From Candidatus Altiarchaeota archaeon (lineage in GTDB: Archaea; Altiarchaeota; Altiarchaeia; IMC4; SCGC-AAA252-I15): a DNA stretch of 64,000 nucleotides. Positions 18,255 to 28,756 of this stretch are shown piece after piece; within the stretch, counting starts at the first letter, position 1, and each line of letters begins with the position of its first letter. A program made the translations under genes and the position numbers. Under the pieces are notes generated by a model. The model was given only the letters and a program-made list of their open reading frames with translations, did no database searches and was not told where the DNA came from. Location of the stretch: NCBI GenBank assembly GCA_043800255.1, contig JAZDNF010000003.1, positions 1 through 64,000 of the forward strand, in the 5' to 3' direction.

Positions 18255-18417
18255 TGCTCCCGCCGGGATTCGAACCCGGGTCACCAGCTAACTTCATCGG
18301 AATCTAACGGACTCCAACACCTCCAAATTTTCTTTGGGGGTGAAGCACCTTTCTTTTTCTAAAAGAAAGGGGCTCCTCGAAAGGCTGGAATGATTGACCG
18401 GACTACACTACGGGAGC
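18255..18417 (-). tRNA. tRNA-Glu(UUC) with 88-nt canonical intron (18290-18377)
   Basis: GCTCCCG/CGGGAGC acceptor, CCAGC/GCTGG anticodon stem, BHB helix CTTT/GAAG. Confidence 0.92.
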
Positions 18418-18454
18418 GTGTGATTTGGTTTATAGTTATATTAATTGGGGGAGT

Positions 18455-18528
18455 ATGTGTTTTTCTTTTCCGTCAACGCTTTGCTGCCGAAGGCAGTAAA
18501 GGGTTGGATTGGACTACACTACGGGAGC
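18455..18528 (-). repeat. 18-nt duplicate of the tRNA-Glu 5' end followed by a variant hairpin repeat copy
   Basis: 18511-18528 is identical to 18400-18417; then AACCCTTTACTGCCTTCGGCAGCAAAGCGTTGACGGAAAAGAAA. Confidence 0.7.
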
Positions 18529-18633
18529 TAGTAATCAATCGGTTTTATAGATATGGAGGTCTCTGAATATAAGTCTTATCGTGCTCTTGGTCTGGAGAAA
18601 TGGCGGGTTATACAAAGAATGTTTTGGAGGGGG

Positions 18634-18942
18634 TTATTTGGTCAGCTCTATTTCGATGTGGACGCCGTCTGGGACTTGGATGCGCATTATCTGTCCGAGG
18701 GAGCGCTCGTCCGCGTCAAGGTCTATTATCCTCTTGTGAACGCGCATCTCCCAGCGCTCCCATGTGGCGGTTCCCTCGCCAGATGGCCCTTTCCGGGTGG
18801 TTATCTTCATCCTCCTTGTTGGGAGGGGAACCGGCCCGGAAAAGTTGACGCCGGTCTTCTTTGTGACCGTTACTATCTGGTCGCAGACGTCTTCAATCTG
18901 CCCCACATCTTTGCCTATTAGTATAATCCTCGCCTTTTCCAT
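18634..18942 (-). CDS. rps10: 30S ribosomal protein S10 (uS10)
   Basis: GPVPLPT, RKGPSGEGTATWERWEMRVHKR. Confidence 0.97.
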   Translation of the reverse strand: MEKARIILIGKDVGQIEDVCDQIVTVTKKTGVNFSGPVPLPTRRMKITTRKGPSGEGTATWERWEMRVHKRIIDLDADERSLGQIMRIQVPDGVHIEIELTK

Positions 18943-18948
18943 GCAACC

Positions 18949-20223
18949 TTAGCCTTTCTTTTTGACCTCTAATACCATGCCGGCTGCAACGGTTTGGCCC
19001 ATGTCCCTGACAGCGAAGCGTCCGAGCTGCGGGAAGTCTTTAGCAGATTCGACGACAATCGGCTTCGTGGGCTTTAGCCTTACGACAGCCACGTCTCCTG
19101 TCTTGAGGAACTCAGGCTTCTCCTGCTTGGTCGCGCCGGTCTTCGGGTCTATCTTCTTGATCAGTTCTGTGAACTGGCAGGCCACCTGCGCGGTGTGTAT
19201 GTGGAATACCGGCGTGTAGCCGACTGCTATGGCACTCGGGTGCTGCAGTACCACTATCTGGGCTGTGAACTCTTCCGCAACAGTTGGGGGGTTGTCCTTA
19301 GGCCCTAGGACGTCTCCTCTCTTGACGTCGTTTTTGCCGACTCCTCTGACATTGAATCCTACGTTGTCCCCTGGCTCTGCCTGCGGGATCTGCTCGTGGT
19401 GCATCTCTATGGTCTTTATCTCACCTGTAACTCCGCTGGGCATGAATATCACAGATTGGCCTGGTTTTAGGATTCCGGTCTCGACTCTGCCGACTGGCAC
19501 TGTTCCGACACCGGTTATCGTGTATGCGTCCTGTATTGGCAGTCTCAGAGGCTTCTCTGTCGGCTTCGGAGGAGCCACAAGCTTGTCCATTTCAGCAAGA
19601 AGGAAGTCGCCTTTGTACCAGGTCATCTTGTCAGACTTCTTTGTTATGTTCTGGCCAACATAAGCTGATATGGGTATCATTGGAATCTTGTCAACCTTGT
19701 AGCCGATCGAGGATAGAAGCTTTGACAGCTCCTGTTTTACCTCATTGTATCTTTTCTCGTCGTAGTTGACCGCGTCCATCTTGTTGATGGCTATGACAAG
19801 TTGGTTGATTCCGAGAGTCTTGGCCAGGAAGGCGTGCTCCTTTGTCTGGGGCTGTATGCCATCCTTCGCGGCGACAACAAGCACTGCCGCGTCGGCCTGG
19901 CTTGTTCCGGTTATCATGTTCTTGACGAAGTCCCTGTGTCCTGGGGCGTCGATGATGGTAAAGTAGTTCTTCTGGGTTTTGAACTTCTTGTGAGCTACGT
20001 CTATGGTAACACCCCGCTCCCTCTCCTCTTTCAGGGAGTCCATTACCCACGCGAACTCAAACGTTCCCTTACCGATCTTGTCGGCTTCTTCTCTCAGAGA
20101 CTTTATCTTCTGCTCTGATACCTCTCCTAGCTCGTACAGTAGCCTACCGACCAGCGTAGACTTTCCGTGGTCTACGTGACCGATAAACACCAAATTTAAG
20201 TGCGGTTTTTCAGCCATAATCAT
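18949..20223 (-). CDS. tuf: Elongation factor 1-alpha
   Basis: [41 protein letters not shown]. Confidence 0.99.
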   Translation of the reverse strand: MIMAEKPHLNLVFIGHVDHGKSTLVGRLLYELGEVSEQKIKSLREEADKIGKGTFEFAWVMDSLKEERERGVTIDVAHKKFKTQKNYFTIIDAPGHRDFVKNMITGTSQADAAVLVVAAKDGIQPQTKEHAFLAKTLGINQLVIAINKMDAVNYDEKRYNEVKQELSKLLSSIGYKVDKIPMIPISAYVGQNITKKSDKMTWYKGDFLLAEMDKLVAPPKPTEKPLRLPIQDAYTITGVGTVPVGRVETGILKPGQSVIFMPSGVTGEIKTIEMHHEQIPQAEPGDNVGFNVRGVGKNDVKRGDVLGPKDNPPTVAEEFTAQIVVLQHPSAIAVGYTPVFHIHTAQVACQFTELIKKIDPKTGATKQEKPEFLKTGDVAVVRLKPTKPIVVESAKDFPQLGRFAVRDMGQTVAAGMVLEVKKKG

Positions 20224-20276
20224 CTCCTCCTAGTTATTGTAAGTCTTAAATATTCCCTTTTTTACTATAAAAATGG

Positions 20277-22466
20277 TTAGTCTATGTATTCTTCGGCTCT
20301 CGGCAGTTCCTTCTTCAAGCCCTTCCTGGACCTGATCTGCTCTATTATCTTGTATTGGAGCTCTGTTGGCAGCTTCTCGAAGCCTGCGTTCTCAGTGGAC
20401 CATAGGGCGTGCCCTTCTGTGGCGCTTCTGATGTCGCCAGCGAAGCCGAACGACTCTCCGACAGGCATTTTGCCCTCTATTGTCATAAGCTCGTCCTTCT
20501 GGGCCATATCCCCTATTATGCCTCTCCTCCTCTGAAGCTCCCTTGTCACGCCTCCGAGGTAGTCCTGTGGAACGTCAACCCAGATGTTCTGGACAGGCTC
20601 CAGTATTGAGGGTTTAGCCTTCAGGAAACATGCATATATGGGCCTTTTGATGGCAGGATACACTTGGGCTGGGCCTCTGTGGATAGCATCCTCGTGGAGT
20701 GTTACGTCCATCAGCTTGACTTTCACTCCCATGACAGGCTCTTCAGCCTGCGGCCCCTTGTTCATGATGCTCTCAAAGCCGTCAAAAAGCAGTTCCATGA
20801 CCTCGTCAAGATGCTGTGTTCCCCGGGTCATGTCAACCATGATGTTGCCGTGGTATATGTCTATTATCCTCTTGGCCTCTTCGCCGTCCATGTCCAGATC
20901 GATGAGTTGAGCTCTTAGGTCCTTGCTTCTAGCCTTTCTGCGGCCCTCTTTTAGGTCTCCCTCTAGTATGGCCTTCAGAACGGCAGGCTCAATAGGCTCT
21001 ATTGATACAAGGAACTTGTTGTGCTTGTTAGGGGACTTGCCTTCTATCGGGCCTGCCTTGTCCATTATTGTCTCCCTGTAGACGACAATCGGGGGCGATG
21101 TCTCAATCTCCAGGCCGCCTGCCTTGATCCTGTTTAGGATGACCTCCAGATGCAGCTCGCCCATGCCGGATAGCAGGTGCTCGCCGGTTTCCTCGTTTAT
21201 TTCGGCCTTTAGCGTAGGATCCTCCTTGGCAGTCTGTCTCAGGACTTCAATGACCTTCGGCAGGTCTCGCATGTGCTTGGCCTCGACCGCCATCGTTACG
21301 ACAGGCTCTGAAGTGTGTTTTATGGCCTCGAAAGGTATCATGTCGTCTGTGGAGACCGTCTCCCCAGCGAATGCCTTCTTCAGGCCGGTTATCCCGACTA
21401 TGTTACCTGCTGGGACTTCGTCGGTGTTTATCCTGCTGGCTCCCATGTACACGCTGACCTGCTGTATCCTCTCAGCTGATTTCATGCCGATAAGGTAAAC
21501 GTCCTGGCCTTGTTTTATGGTGCCTGAGAAAAGCCTTCCTGTGGCGACCTCACCCTCACGCTTGTCGAAGACCTGTATGTTCGTTATCATGACCGCAAGC
21601 TTTCCGTTCGGATCGCAGCCCAGCATGGACTTGCCTATGTCGGATTCAAGGTCACCGTGCCATATCTGGGGTATCCTTATCTTCTGCGCCTGTAATGGGT
21701 TGGGGAGGTGCTTTATCGCTATGTCAAGCATTATCTGATGCGCCGGCGCCTTGTCAGCCATCTCCTTCTGCTTCTCAGTAGTGCAGCTTTCTATGATGTC
21801 CTTGAACGTTATGCCCGATTTTTTCATGTAAGGCACGTTGATGGCCCAGTTGTGGTATGCTGACCCGAATGCCACGCTCCCCTTCTCGACGTTTACGGTC
21901 CAGTCGACGCCCTCGGGCTGCTTCATCTTTATGATCTTGTTGATCTCTGTTATGATCTTCATGAATCTCTTCTGAAGCTCCTCGGGCGTCAGCTTCAGCT
22001 CGTTGATAAGACGGTCCACCTTGTTGATGAATACGGTGGGCCTGACCTTCTCCTTCAGGGCCTGTTGTATGACTGTCTTAGTCTGCGGCATGACTCCTTC
22101 AACAGCGCACACGACCACTATGACGCCGTCAACAGCCCGCATAGCCCTTGTCACATCCCCCCCGAAGTCTACGTGACCTGGAGTGTCTATCATGTTGATC
22201 AGGTATTCTTTGCCGTCGTACTCGTGGACCATTGAAACGTTCGCCGCGTTTATTGTGATGCCTCTGGCCTGCTCGTCCTCGTGGAAGTCCAAGGCCAGCT
22301 GCTTTCCAGCCCCCTCCTTGGATATCATGCCAGCATTGGATAACAGATTGTCGCTTAACGTGGTCTTGCCGTGGTCTATGTGGGCGACGATGCCCATGTT
22401 CCGAATCTGGTCAGGCTTGTTGACGAGCTTCTTAATCTTCTCCAGCATTACCTCGTATCTTCCCAT
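20277..22466 (-). CDS. fusA: Elongation factor 2
   Basis: [26 protein letters not shown], diphthamide-site LHEDAIHRG. Confidence 0.99.
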   Translation of the reverse strand: MGRYEVMLEKIKKLVNKPDQIRNMGIVAHIDHGKTTLSDNLLSNAGMISKEGAGKQLALDFHEDEQARGITINAANVSMVHEYDGKEYLINMIDTPGHVDFGGDVTRAMRAVDGVIVVVCAVEGVMPQTKTVIQQALKEKVRPTVFINKVDRLINELKLTPEELQKRFMKIITEINKIIKMKQPEGVDWTVNVEKGSVAFGSAYHNWAINVPYMKKSGITFKDIIESCTTEKQKEMADKAPAHQIMLDIAIKHLPNPLQAQKIRIPQIWHGDLESDIGKSMLGCDPNGKLAVMITNIQVFDKREGEVATGRLFSGTIKQGQDVYLIGMKSAERIQQVSVYMGASRINTDEVPAGNIVGITGLKKAFAGETVSTDDMIPFEAIKHTSEPVVTMAVEAKHMRDLPKVIEVLRQTAKEDPTLKAEINEETGEHLLSGMGELHLEVILNRIKAGGLEIETSPPIVVYRETIMDKAGPIEGKSPNKHNKFLVSIEPIEPAVLKAILEGDLKEGRRKARSKDLRAQLIDLDMDGEEAKRIIDIYHGNIMVDMTRGTQHLDEVMELLFDGFESIMNKGPQAEEPVMGVKVKLMDVTLHEDAIHRGPAQVYPAIKRPIYACFLKAKPSILEPVQNIWVDVPQDYLGGVTRELQRRRGIIGDMAQKDELMTIEGKMPVGESFGFAGDIRSATEGHALWSTENAGFEKLPTELQYKIIEQIRSRKGLKKELPRAEEYID

Positions 22467-22470
22467 CTTG

Positions 22471-23073
22471 TTATCTTGCAGACTGAGCTATCCTCTCGGT
22501 CTCCTCCTTCCGTTGTATCGCATAGCTTTTGTTGTCGGAGTTGGCAGCCCATATCAGCTCATCCGCCAGGCATTCCTCTATCCTCTTCTTGGAGTTGAAG
22601 GCCGTTGCGAAAGCCCCCAAGGATATGTACTTTATCGCGAAGTCTATGCGCCTCTGGGCTGAGACGTCTATGGCCTTGTGGTATCTTATGCCGCCGTATA
22701 TGATGGTGGTAGTCTCCTCTCGGGGTCCTGCGTTGAGAACGGCGTTCACGAAAACCTGGATTGGGTTCTGTTTGGTCCTCTTCTCGATTATTTCAAAGGC
22801 CTGCTTTACTATCCTCAAAGCATGTTGTTTTTTGCCTGTGTTGCCAAGGCCCCTTATGTAGCGGCCTGCGACCTTTTTTGTCCCCTGCCCCGACCGCATC
22901 ATCCTGTTGGCGAGGCGCTCCACGATGTTCATCTTCGACTTACTGAACTGTTTCCCCGTTTTCCTTCCCGCACTGTGGGGAACGTAGACAGGTTCCAATG
23001 CAATGTACGGCTTAGCCCACGCGCCCTTCACTTCCACAGTGTAATCCCATCTCCCGAATAGCTTGACGTCCAT
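22471..23073 (-). CDS. rps7: 30S ribosomal protein S7 (uS7)
   Basis: [32 protein letters not shown]. Confidence 0.97.
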   Translation of the reverse strand: MDVKLFGRWDYTVEVKGAWAKPYIALEPVYVPHSAGRKTGKQFSKSKMNIVERLANRMMRSGQGTKKVAGRYIRGLGNTGKKQHALRIVKQAFEIIEKRTKQNPIQVFVNAVLNAGPREETTTIIYGGIRYHKAIDVSAQRRIDFAIKYISLGAFATAFNSKKRIEECLADELIWAANSDNKSYAIQRKEETERIAQSAR

Positions 23074-23074
23074 T

Positions 23075-23227
23075 TTAGCTGAATTTTTTGAATCCGATGC
23101 TCACAGCAGTCTCCCTGAAGCATCTTCTGCATATGTGAAGCCCGTACTTGTGGATTACCCCCTTGTTGGTCCCGCAGACCACGCATTGTAGGCTCCTTGA
23201 ATCAGACTTGGTATCTTTTTTATTCAA
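23075..23227 (-). CDS. rps14: 30S ribosomal protein S14 (uS14, Zn-type); absent from the ORF track
   Basis: Hand translation from a TTG start: ...[36 protein letters not shown]. Confidence 0.93.
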   Translation of the reverse strand: MNKKDTKSDSRSLQCVVCGTNKGVIHKYGLHICRRCFRETAVSIGFKKFS

Positions 23228-23735
23228 TTTCAACACCGAATTTTTCCTTCATGAGGCTAATTGCCTCTTCTCTTGTAATGTAACTTGATTTTGGGATTCT
23301 CGACTTCTTTTTCTTTCTTCGGGTCACCCTGAAACCTGGACGCTTTATTGTTACGCAAACGTCCAAGCCGAATATCCCAATCTCCGGGTCGTACTTCATG
23401 CCTTTGATGTCGATGTACTCTCTTATGCCAAATGACATGTTCCCGTGAGCGTCGAACGAGGATTCGCTCACCTTATCATCCTTCGCGAAGAGCAGGTTCT
23501 TCAAAACCTCATCAGCCTTAGCGCCTCTCAGAGTCACCTTGCAGCCTATCGCCTCACCCTTCCTAAGGCCCCATGCAGGTATCTTGTGGGTTGACACGGT
23601 CCGGACTGGCTTCATCCCGGTGATCTTTTCAAGCAGCTTCTCAGCCTTCATGAGCTTCTCTCCAGACTCTCCGACGCAGATGTTCACCACAACCTTTTCT
23701 ATGACCGGCTTTTGCATCACATTCGCGTATTCCAT
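23220..23735 (-). CDS. rpl5: 50S ribosomal protein L5 (uL5)
   Basis: [32 protein letters not shown]. Confidence 0.97.
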   Translation of the reverse strand: MEYANVMQKPVIEKVVVNICVGESGEKLMKAEKLLEKITGMKPVRTVSTHKIPAWGLRKGEAIGCKVTLRGAKADEVLKNLLFAKDDKVSESSFDAHGNMSFGIREYIDIKGMKYDPEIGIFGLDVCVTIKRPGFRVTRRKKKKSRIPKSSYITREEAISLMKEKFGVEIE

Positions 23736-23736
23736 A

Positions 23737-24399
23737 TTATATCACTGGCTTGTCCTCTCCGATAACGAACACATAGTCTGTCAGAGTCTGAATCTCGCCA
23801 ATTCGTGTAAGGGAGTCCCTGTTCCCGATGCCTGGAAGGACTTCGGTAATCTTCCCGCGCTCGCCGCTGTGCTTGCCTTTCAGGACGATGGCAGTGTTGC
23901 CCTTCTTCAGCTCAAACCTGCTCTTTATTTTCTTGGAAGGCAATTCCAGGACGACGCTGGCGTTGACCTTATAATCGTCCGAGTCAACCAGCAGGGTTGT
24001 TCCATCGTGCAATGTCAGTTGGATTTTGCCGTTGCTTAGCTTGTTTTTTGAGACTATCTTGCACAGTTTCTGCTTGGTGTCAGACTTCCCGATCTTTTTA
24101 AGCTCAAGCCCTTTTGCAGAAGGCATCACAACATACTGCTCGTCAATCCCTGCAACTTCGATGACGTCCATGAGGCCAACACCATGCTTCGGGTCTTTTC
24201 TGACCTTCTTGTCGACCGAGATGACGCCGTCAGATATTATCTTCTTTGCCTCGCGAGCCTTGTCAGCGTAGCCGAGGACATCCCTCACCATAACAATCAG
24301 GGGTATTGAATCCTCAATCTGATGAGGCCCGGGTTTAGACCGGGATATCCACTTATGCTCCTTTCCATAACCTGTTGCTATCCTCTTAGCGTGACTCAT
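23737..24399 (-). CDS. rps4e: 30S ribosomal protein S4e
   Basis: PGPH...SIPL, GLMDVI, LHDG, T..DYVFVIG. Confidence 0.95.
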   Translation of the reverse strand: MSHAKRIATGYGKEHKWISRSKPGPHQIEDSIPLIVMVRDVLGYADKAREAKKIISDGVISVDKKVRKDPKHGVGLMDVIEVAGIDEQYVVMPSAKGLELKKIGKSDTKQKLCKIVSKNKLSNGKIQLTLHDGTTLLVDSDDYKVNASVVLELPSKKIKSRFELKKGNTAIVLKGKHSGERGKITEVLPGIGNRDSLTRIGEIQTLTDYVFVIGEDKPVI

Positions 24400-24764
24400 T
24401 TTCCTCCTCTCTCAAGGGTTTCTCCCCGTTCCTTGTCATCCAAATTAAGATGTGTTATTAGAACGTTTGATGCAGCTAGTGGCCTTGGCACGTCCGCTCC
24501 GTCAGACTTCTTTATGTTAACGCCCTCAACGGTTATCCTCCTCGTCTTCGGGTCCACGGAAAGTACTTCGCCCTTGACCCCCTTGAACGCTCCCCGCATT
24601 ATTTCGACATCGTCGCCTTTCCGTATGGGGAGGGAGCGCCTGCCGTACTTTCCCCTAAGATCATCTGCCAGCGAGGCGGAAGTCATCTTGCGCGCCTTGT
24701 GGTTGGGGGCGCTGCTAAGCCACTTCCTCTGCCGTCTAGGTTTGCTCGAAGTTGGATGTTTCAT
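24396..24764 (-). CDS. rpl24: 50S ribosomal protein L24 (uL24)
   Basis: SSKPRRQRK, IRKGDDVEIMRG KOW motif. Confidence 0.96.
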   Translation of the reverse strand: MKHPTSSKPRRQRKWLSSAPNHKARKMTSASLADDLRGKYGRRSLPIRKGDDVEIMRGAFKGVKGEVLSVDPKTRRITVEGVNIKKSDGADVPRPLAASNVLITHLNLDDKERGETLERGGK

Positions 24765-24765
24765 C

Positions 24766-25206
24766 TTAGATGACGATTGTTGATATGGTGCCCAGCTTGT
24801 TCCACTTATCGGTCGCTTCGCGGGCTACTGGCCCCTTTATCTCAGTACCCCTCGGAAGGCCGTCGTCTCCGATCAGGACAGCGGCGTTGTCCTCGAACCG
24901 TATTCTGGTGCCGTTGTATCGCCTGTAGGCTTTACTCTGCCGGATTATCACAGCCTTGACAATCTGGTTTCTGAGCTCTGGTTTGCCCTTCTTCACCGAG
25001 GTTATAACCAAGTCGCCAACTCCTGCCTTTGGATATCTGCGCCTTACGCCCCTGTAAGCCCTCACCGCTATTATCTCCAGCTCCTTGGCTCCGGTGTTGT
25101 CAGCGCATACCATCCTAGACCCTGTTGACAGTCCCTTCGTGATTCTCGCAGTCACCGCCTTGCCAAGCGGCAGATTCTTCGACCCTCCTCCAAGTGGTTT
25201 TGCCAT
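24766..25206 (-). CDS. rpl14: 50S ribosomal protein L14 (uL14)
   Basis: CADNTGAKEL, FEDNAAV, GTEIKGPVARE. Confidence 0.97.
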   Translation of the reverse strand: MAKPLGGGSKNLPLGKAVTARITKGLSTGSRMVCADNTGAKELEIIAVRAYRGVRRRYPKAGVGDLVITSVKKGKPELRNQIVKAVIIRQSKAYRRYNGTRIRFEDNAAVLIGDDGLPRGTEIKGPVAREATDKWNKLGTISTIVI

Positions 25207-25207
25207 T

Positions 25208-25522
25208 TTAGTCTAATTTGTCGGTTACTACGAAGTTAACGGTTTTGCTCAGCTTCCTGCACTCCGCAATCCGCACCTTATCGCCTGCTTTCGCGTTTAT
25301 GCACGGCGGGTTGTGCGCTGAGAGCCTGGATCTCGATTTCTTGTAACGCTCATACTTTCTTACCTTGACGTAGTAGTCCCTCTGTACGATGACAGTCTTG
25401 TTCATCTTGTCAGACACTACCACTCCCTCAAGCAAAAGCCCTCTGGTCGGCAGAGTGCCATGTTTGGGGCAGTTCACGTCGCCGCAGTCGGCCTCCTTCT
25501 TGTTCCCTTTCTTTTCTGCCAT
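25208..25522 (-). CDS. rps17: 30S ribosomal protein S17 (uS17)
   Basis: C.D.NCP.HG, GVVVSDKM.KT, AHNPPC, ECRKLSKT. Confidence 0.97.
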   Translation of the reverse strand: MAEKKGNKKEADCGDVNCPKHGTLPTRGLLLEGVVVSDKMNKTVIVQRDYYVKVRKYERYKKSRSRLSAHNPPCINAKAGDKVRIAECRKLSKTVNFVVTDKLD

Positions 25523-25523
25523 T

Positions 25524-25796
25524 TTAAAATCTTATCCTTATCCTCTTCTTTATCCTCTCTTCAGGCCTTCCCAGCAGAAGCCGCCCTTCGACTTCCACCA
25601 CCGCCTTATCAGGCAGTTGGAGCTGGAATTTGGTGCCCTCTTTCGGGATTTTCGACTCACCGCTGAGGGTTACCGTGCTCTTGGTCTCGTCCGTCACCTG
25701 CCCTGCCAGGCCGACGCGGCCGCTGTCTCCCGAGCCCACTACCCGAGCGTCCAAACCGATGAATTCATGATGCAATATGTTGTAAGGAGTTATCAT
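25524..25796 (-). CDS. rnp1: RNase P protein component 1 (Rpp29/Pop4)
   Basis: MITPYNILHHEFIGL, DETK, GRPEERIK; canonical operon position. Confidence 0.92.
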   Translation of the reverse strand: MITPYNILHHEFIGLDARVVGSGDSGRVGLAGQVTDETKSTVTLSGESKIPKEGTKFQLQLPDKAVVEVEGRLLLGRPEERIKKRIRIRF

Positions 25797-25810
25797 AGTA
25801 GCAGGCGGCG

Positions 25811-26104
25811 CTAGTCTATCATGGCTGCTGAGAAGCCCATTCCAACCAAAACTTCCTTCAACCGTGAGAGATGATCGCCTTGTAATACCACTTTGCCCTC
25901 CTTTATCGTTCCGCCGCAAGCCAATTTCGTCTTCAGCTCCTTGGCAATCCTGTCCAAGTCCATGTCTTCAAAGCCCTCAACCACTGTCACTAGCTTGCCG
26001 TATCTCCGCTTGTCAGTGCGCACGCGTATCTTCTGGTCCTTTCGAACCATCTCCTCGCAAACGCACAGTTCCACTGGCAGTCCACACTTCGGACATGTGT
26101 TCAT
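25811..26104 (-). CDS. sui1: SUI1/aIF1 translation initiation factor
   Basis: CPKCGLP.ELCVCE, RRYGK, LACGGT, LQGDH. Confidence 0.95.
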   Translation of the reverse strand: MNTCPKCGLPVELCVCEEMVRKDQKIRVRTDKRRYGKLVTVVEGFEDMDLDRIAKELKTKLACGGTIKEGKVVLQGDHLSRLKEVLVGMGFSAAMID

Positions 26105-26313
26105 TTCTTTCCGCTTTTTCCCTCCTGCCTTTGGATAGTTAATATTCTCGCTATTGTCCTCCGGATTTCCCTCGTCTTCCCGACGCCCTCCGGTATGCCG
26201 CCTGACGCAAGGCCTCCCCGAATCTTCATAAGCTCTCCTCTAAGCTCCGCTAGGTGCTTGCCTCTTTCAGCATCGCCCATGTCCGCTATCTCGTTGGACT
26301 TTAGCACTGACAT
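26101..26313 (-). CDS. rpl29: 50S ribosomal protein L29 (uL29)
   Basis: REIRRTIARILT; operon position. Confidence 0.95.
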   Translation of the reverse strand: MSVLKSNEIADMGDAERGKHLAELRGELMKIRGGLASGGIPEGVGKTREIRRTIARILTIQRQEGKSGKK

Positions 26314-26340
26314 TTTAGTATTACTAATGAAGTGTTTTAT

Positions 26341-27171
26341 TTAAATAACGCCGGCAGGTTTCTCCTCTGAAAGCCCTGGGAGCGGCTTCTCCTCGGACGT
26401 CATGTCCTTCTTTTTGTCTTCGCTTTCCTGCGCCCCGGTCGTCTCATCCTCCTTTTTTGCCGGCTTCTCCTTGGTCGTTTTCTTCCCTGTTCTTTCCTTT
26501 GTCTTCTTCTTTACTTTAGCCTTCTCCTCTGGCTTTTTGGCCTCGCCCTCTTTAGGAACTTCGGCAGCCTCTTTCTTTTCGATAACATATATCTGATCGG
26601 GGAACACTGTGCCTGGCGGGACTATTTTGACGGAAACGCCGATGACGCCAGCCTTCAGGTAAGCCTGCGTGGCGCCCCTGCTCACCAGCTTAGCGCAGTC
26701 GCCTGCCTTTTTCATGTAACCTTCTGAGTATTTTTCTGCACGGGATCTGCCTCCCTTGCCCACGATTTTGCCGGCCAGTATGATCTCCACGCCTCTGGCT
26801 CCTGAGCCCATGACAGCCCTTACTGCCTTGTAGACGACTCTCCTGCGGTTCATGCCCCGCTCAAGGGCGACTGCTATCCTCCGCGCTACTATGTTCGGGT
26901 CGAGAGTCGGCCTCTCTATCCTCTGAACGTCTATTGACGGGCTCTCTATGCCGTATTTCTCTGTCAGCACTGTAGTGAGCCGGTTTATCCTCTTGCCGTG
27001 TTTTCCGATGACAAGCGGCGGCTTCTCCACGTACAGTATGACCCTTGTCGTCAGCGGCGTCTTCTGTATTTTTATGCCGCTGTAGCCTGCCCGGTTAAGC
27101 TCGCTCCTCAGGAAACTCTCTATCTCAGACCTTATCACTCCCTCCTGTATGAAATGCTTCTCCATCGCCAT
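26341..27171 (-). CDS. rps3: 30S ribosomal protein S3 (uS3) with K/E-rich tail
   Basis: RAGYSG, KH domain VIGKHG, GARGVEI, GVIGVSVKI. Confidence 0.96.
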   Translation of the reverse strand: MAMEKHFIQEGVIRSEIESFLRSELNRAGYSGIKIQKTPLTTRVILYVEKPPLVIGKHGKRINRLTTVLTEKYGIESPSIDVQRIERPTLDPNIVARRIAVALERGMNRRRVVYKAVRAVMGSGARGVEIILAGKIVGKGGRSRAEKYSEGYMKKAGDCAKLVSRGATQAYLKAGVIGVSVKIVPPGTVFPDQIYVIEKKEAAEVPKEGEAKKPEEKAKVKKKTKERTGKKTTKEKPAKKEDETTGAQESEDKKKDMTSEEKPLPGLSEEKPAGVI

Positions 27172-27172
27172 C

Positions 27173-27622
27173 TTAAGACTCCTCGCCCATGATCTGCATG
27201 TGTGTGTACTCTGTGTTCCAGGTCTTCCACCTGCCCTTCGGCTTCCTCTTAGCCCTTGAGAAGCCCCTCAGAGCCAGCGCATGCTTTATCTTTATCTTTT
27301 CAACGTCCAACGCCTTGTACTCTGCGTTAGCCTGTAGGTTGTTCAACAGCTTCAGCATCTCTCCCGCAACCTTTACAGGATATTTCCCTGACTTCGGAAC
27401 GTCGCCCTTCCTGTGCCCGACGCCCAACTTGTATTTCACGCTGGGAATTGGGGTCTTCTTAACCTTCACATTCTCCATCAGCGCCATGGCGTCCGCAAGC
27501 TTCAGCCCCTTGACGGCTGTGCAAACGTTCACAGCATCCTTGAATGACATGTTCAGGTCTCTCCCTGCTGCCACGACGCTCTTGCTCTTGTTCTTCGGTT
27601 TGAACGCGTATTTTATCTCCAT
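27173..27622 (-). CDS. rpl22: 50S ribosomal protein L22 (uL22)
   Basis: SFKDA, VGHRKG, GKYPVK, NAEYK. Confidence 0.95.
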   Translation of the reverse strand: MEIKYAFKPKNKSKSVVAAGRDLNMSFKDAVNVCTAVKGLKLADAMALMENVKVKKTPIPSVKYKLGVGHRKGDVPKSGKYPVKVAGEMLKLLNNLQANAEYKALDVEKIKIKHALALRGFSRAKRKPKGRWKTWNTEYTHMQIMGEES

Positions 27623-27623
27623 C

Positions 27624-28034
27624 TTATCTGATAGGCACGAATAATGAGGATCTCGTCGCTCCGACGCCTGGCGCGCCGTGCCTTACCGGCTTACGTGACA
27701 TAGCGAACTCTCCCAGGAACTGCCCTATCATTTCTGGCGTGATGTCGACTGCTACGAACTCCTTCCCATTATAGATTGCAATCTTCAACCCCACCATCTC
27801 AGGCAGCACAGGTATGCTCCTGCAGTGGGTTCTAATAGGTTTTGGATTCTTGTTCTCGCTGAGAAGCTTCCTCTGCTCTTTAACGTCCAGAAGCAGCTTC
27901 TTCTCCCTGTCGTCAAGCCCCCGCTTGAGAGTCCTCCTAACTCTGGACGGCAGCACCTTAACCAGCTCGTCCATTGACATGGACTGCAGCGCATTAAGAT
28001 TGTAACCCCGGTAATTGAATTCCTTCTTAGCCAT
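27624..28034 (-). CDS. rps19: 30S ribosomal protein S19 (uS19)
   Basis: [29 protein letters not shown]. Confidence 0.97.
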   Translation of the reverse strand: MAKKEFNYRGYNLNALQSMSMDELVKVLPSRVRRTLKRGLDDREKKLLLDVKEQRKLLSENKNPKPIRTHCRSIPVLPEMVGLKIAIYNGKEFVAVDITPEMIGQFLGEFAMSRKPVRHGAPGVGATRSSLFVPIR

Positions 28035-28035
28035 T

Positions 28036-28755
28036 CTAGCGTTTCCTCTTTCCTGTCCTTCTGGCAGCGATATGACCTACTTTTCTCCCTGGCGGAGTGT
28101 TCCTGGATATGGTTGTCGGCCTGCCCACGTGCGGGTGCCTACCTCCACCGTGCGGGTGGTCTGCTGCGTTCATTGACGTTCCACCGACCTTTGGGTAAAC
28201 CTTGTGTTTGGCCCTCTTGGCATGGTATACCTGACCGGCGTGAACGTAAGCCTTCTCCTTGCGGCCGCCTCCGGCGGCCCTCCCGACTGTGGCATAGCAT
28301 CTGCTTTTTATCGGGACTATCTTCTTAGAGGGCAATTTGACATAGGTTAAGCCTGTTTTCCTGTCGTGGGATACTATGCTCGCGAAAGTCCCGGACGACC
28401 TGACGAACTGGCCGCCGTCGCCAGGATGCAGCTCGACATTGTAGACTTCAGTCCCCTCAGGCATGCTCCCGATTGATGTTGCGCTTCCCCTGGATGCCTT
28501 GATTTCATCGCCGACTGTTATCCAGTCGCCGACTTTTATTCCTTCAGCGGCTATCATGTACGAGTTTGAGAAGTCATCCCACATTATCTTCACGACCGGA
28601 GAATAGTGCAAAGCATCATGCTCTAATGCTATGACCTGGCCGTTTGCTGTTCTTTCCCGACTAGGATACCTCATATCGCCTTTCGCCCTGTTCTTCAGGC
28701 TCCGGTACTTCGGGCTTCCGTGCCCCCTCCTCTGATTTGGAAGTCTGCATCCCAT
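28036..28755 (-). CDS. rpl2: 50S ribosomal protein L2 (uL2)
   Basis: [36 protein letters not shown]. Confidence 0.97.
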   Translation of the reverse strand: MGCRLPNQRRGHGSPKYRSLKNRAKGDMRYPSRERTANGQVIALEHDALHYSPVVKIMWDDFSNSYMIAAEGIKVGDWITVGDEIKASRGSATSIGSMPEGTEVYNVELHPGDGGQFVRSSGTFASIVSHDRKTGLTYVKLPSKKIVPIKSRCYATVGRAAGGGRKEKAYVHAGQVYHAKRAKHKVYPKVGGTSMNAADHPHGGGRHPHVGRPTTISRNTPPGRKVGHIAARRTGKRKR

Positions 28756-28756
28756 T

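Noticed and set aside
18138-18284. N-terminal extension of pelota in the ORF track
   Set aside because: It overlaps tRNA-Glu and the hairpin repeat; the conserved protein starts at 18137.
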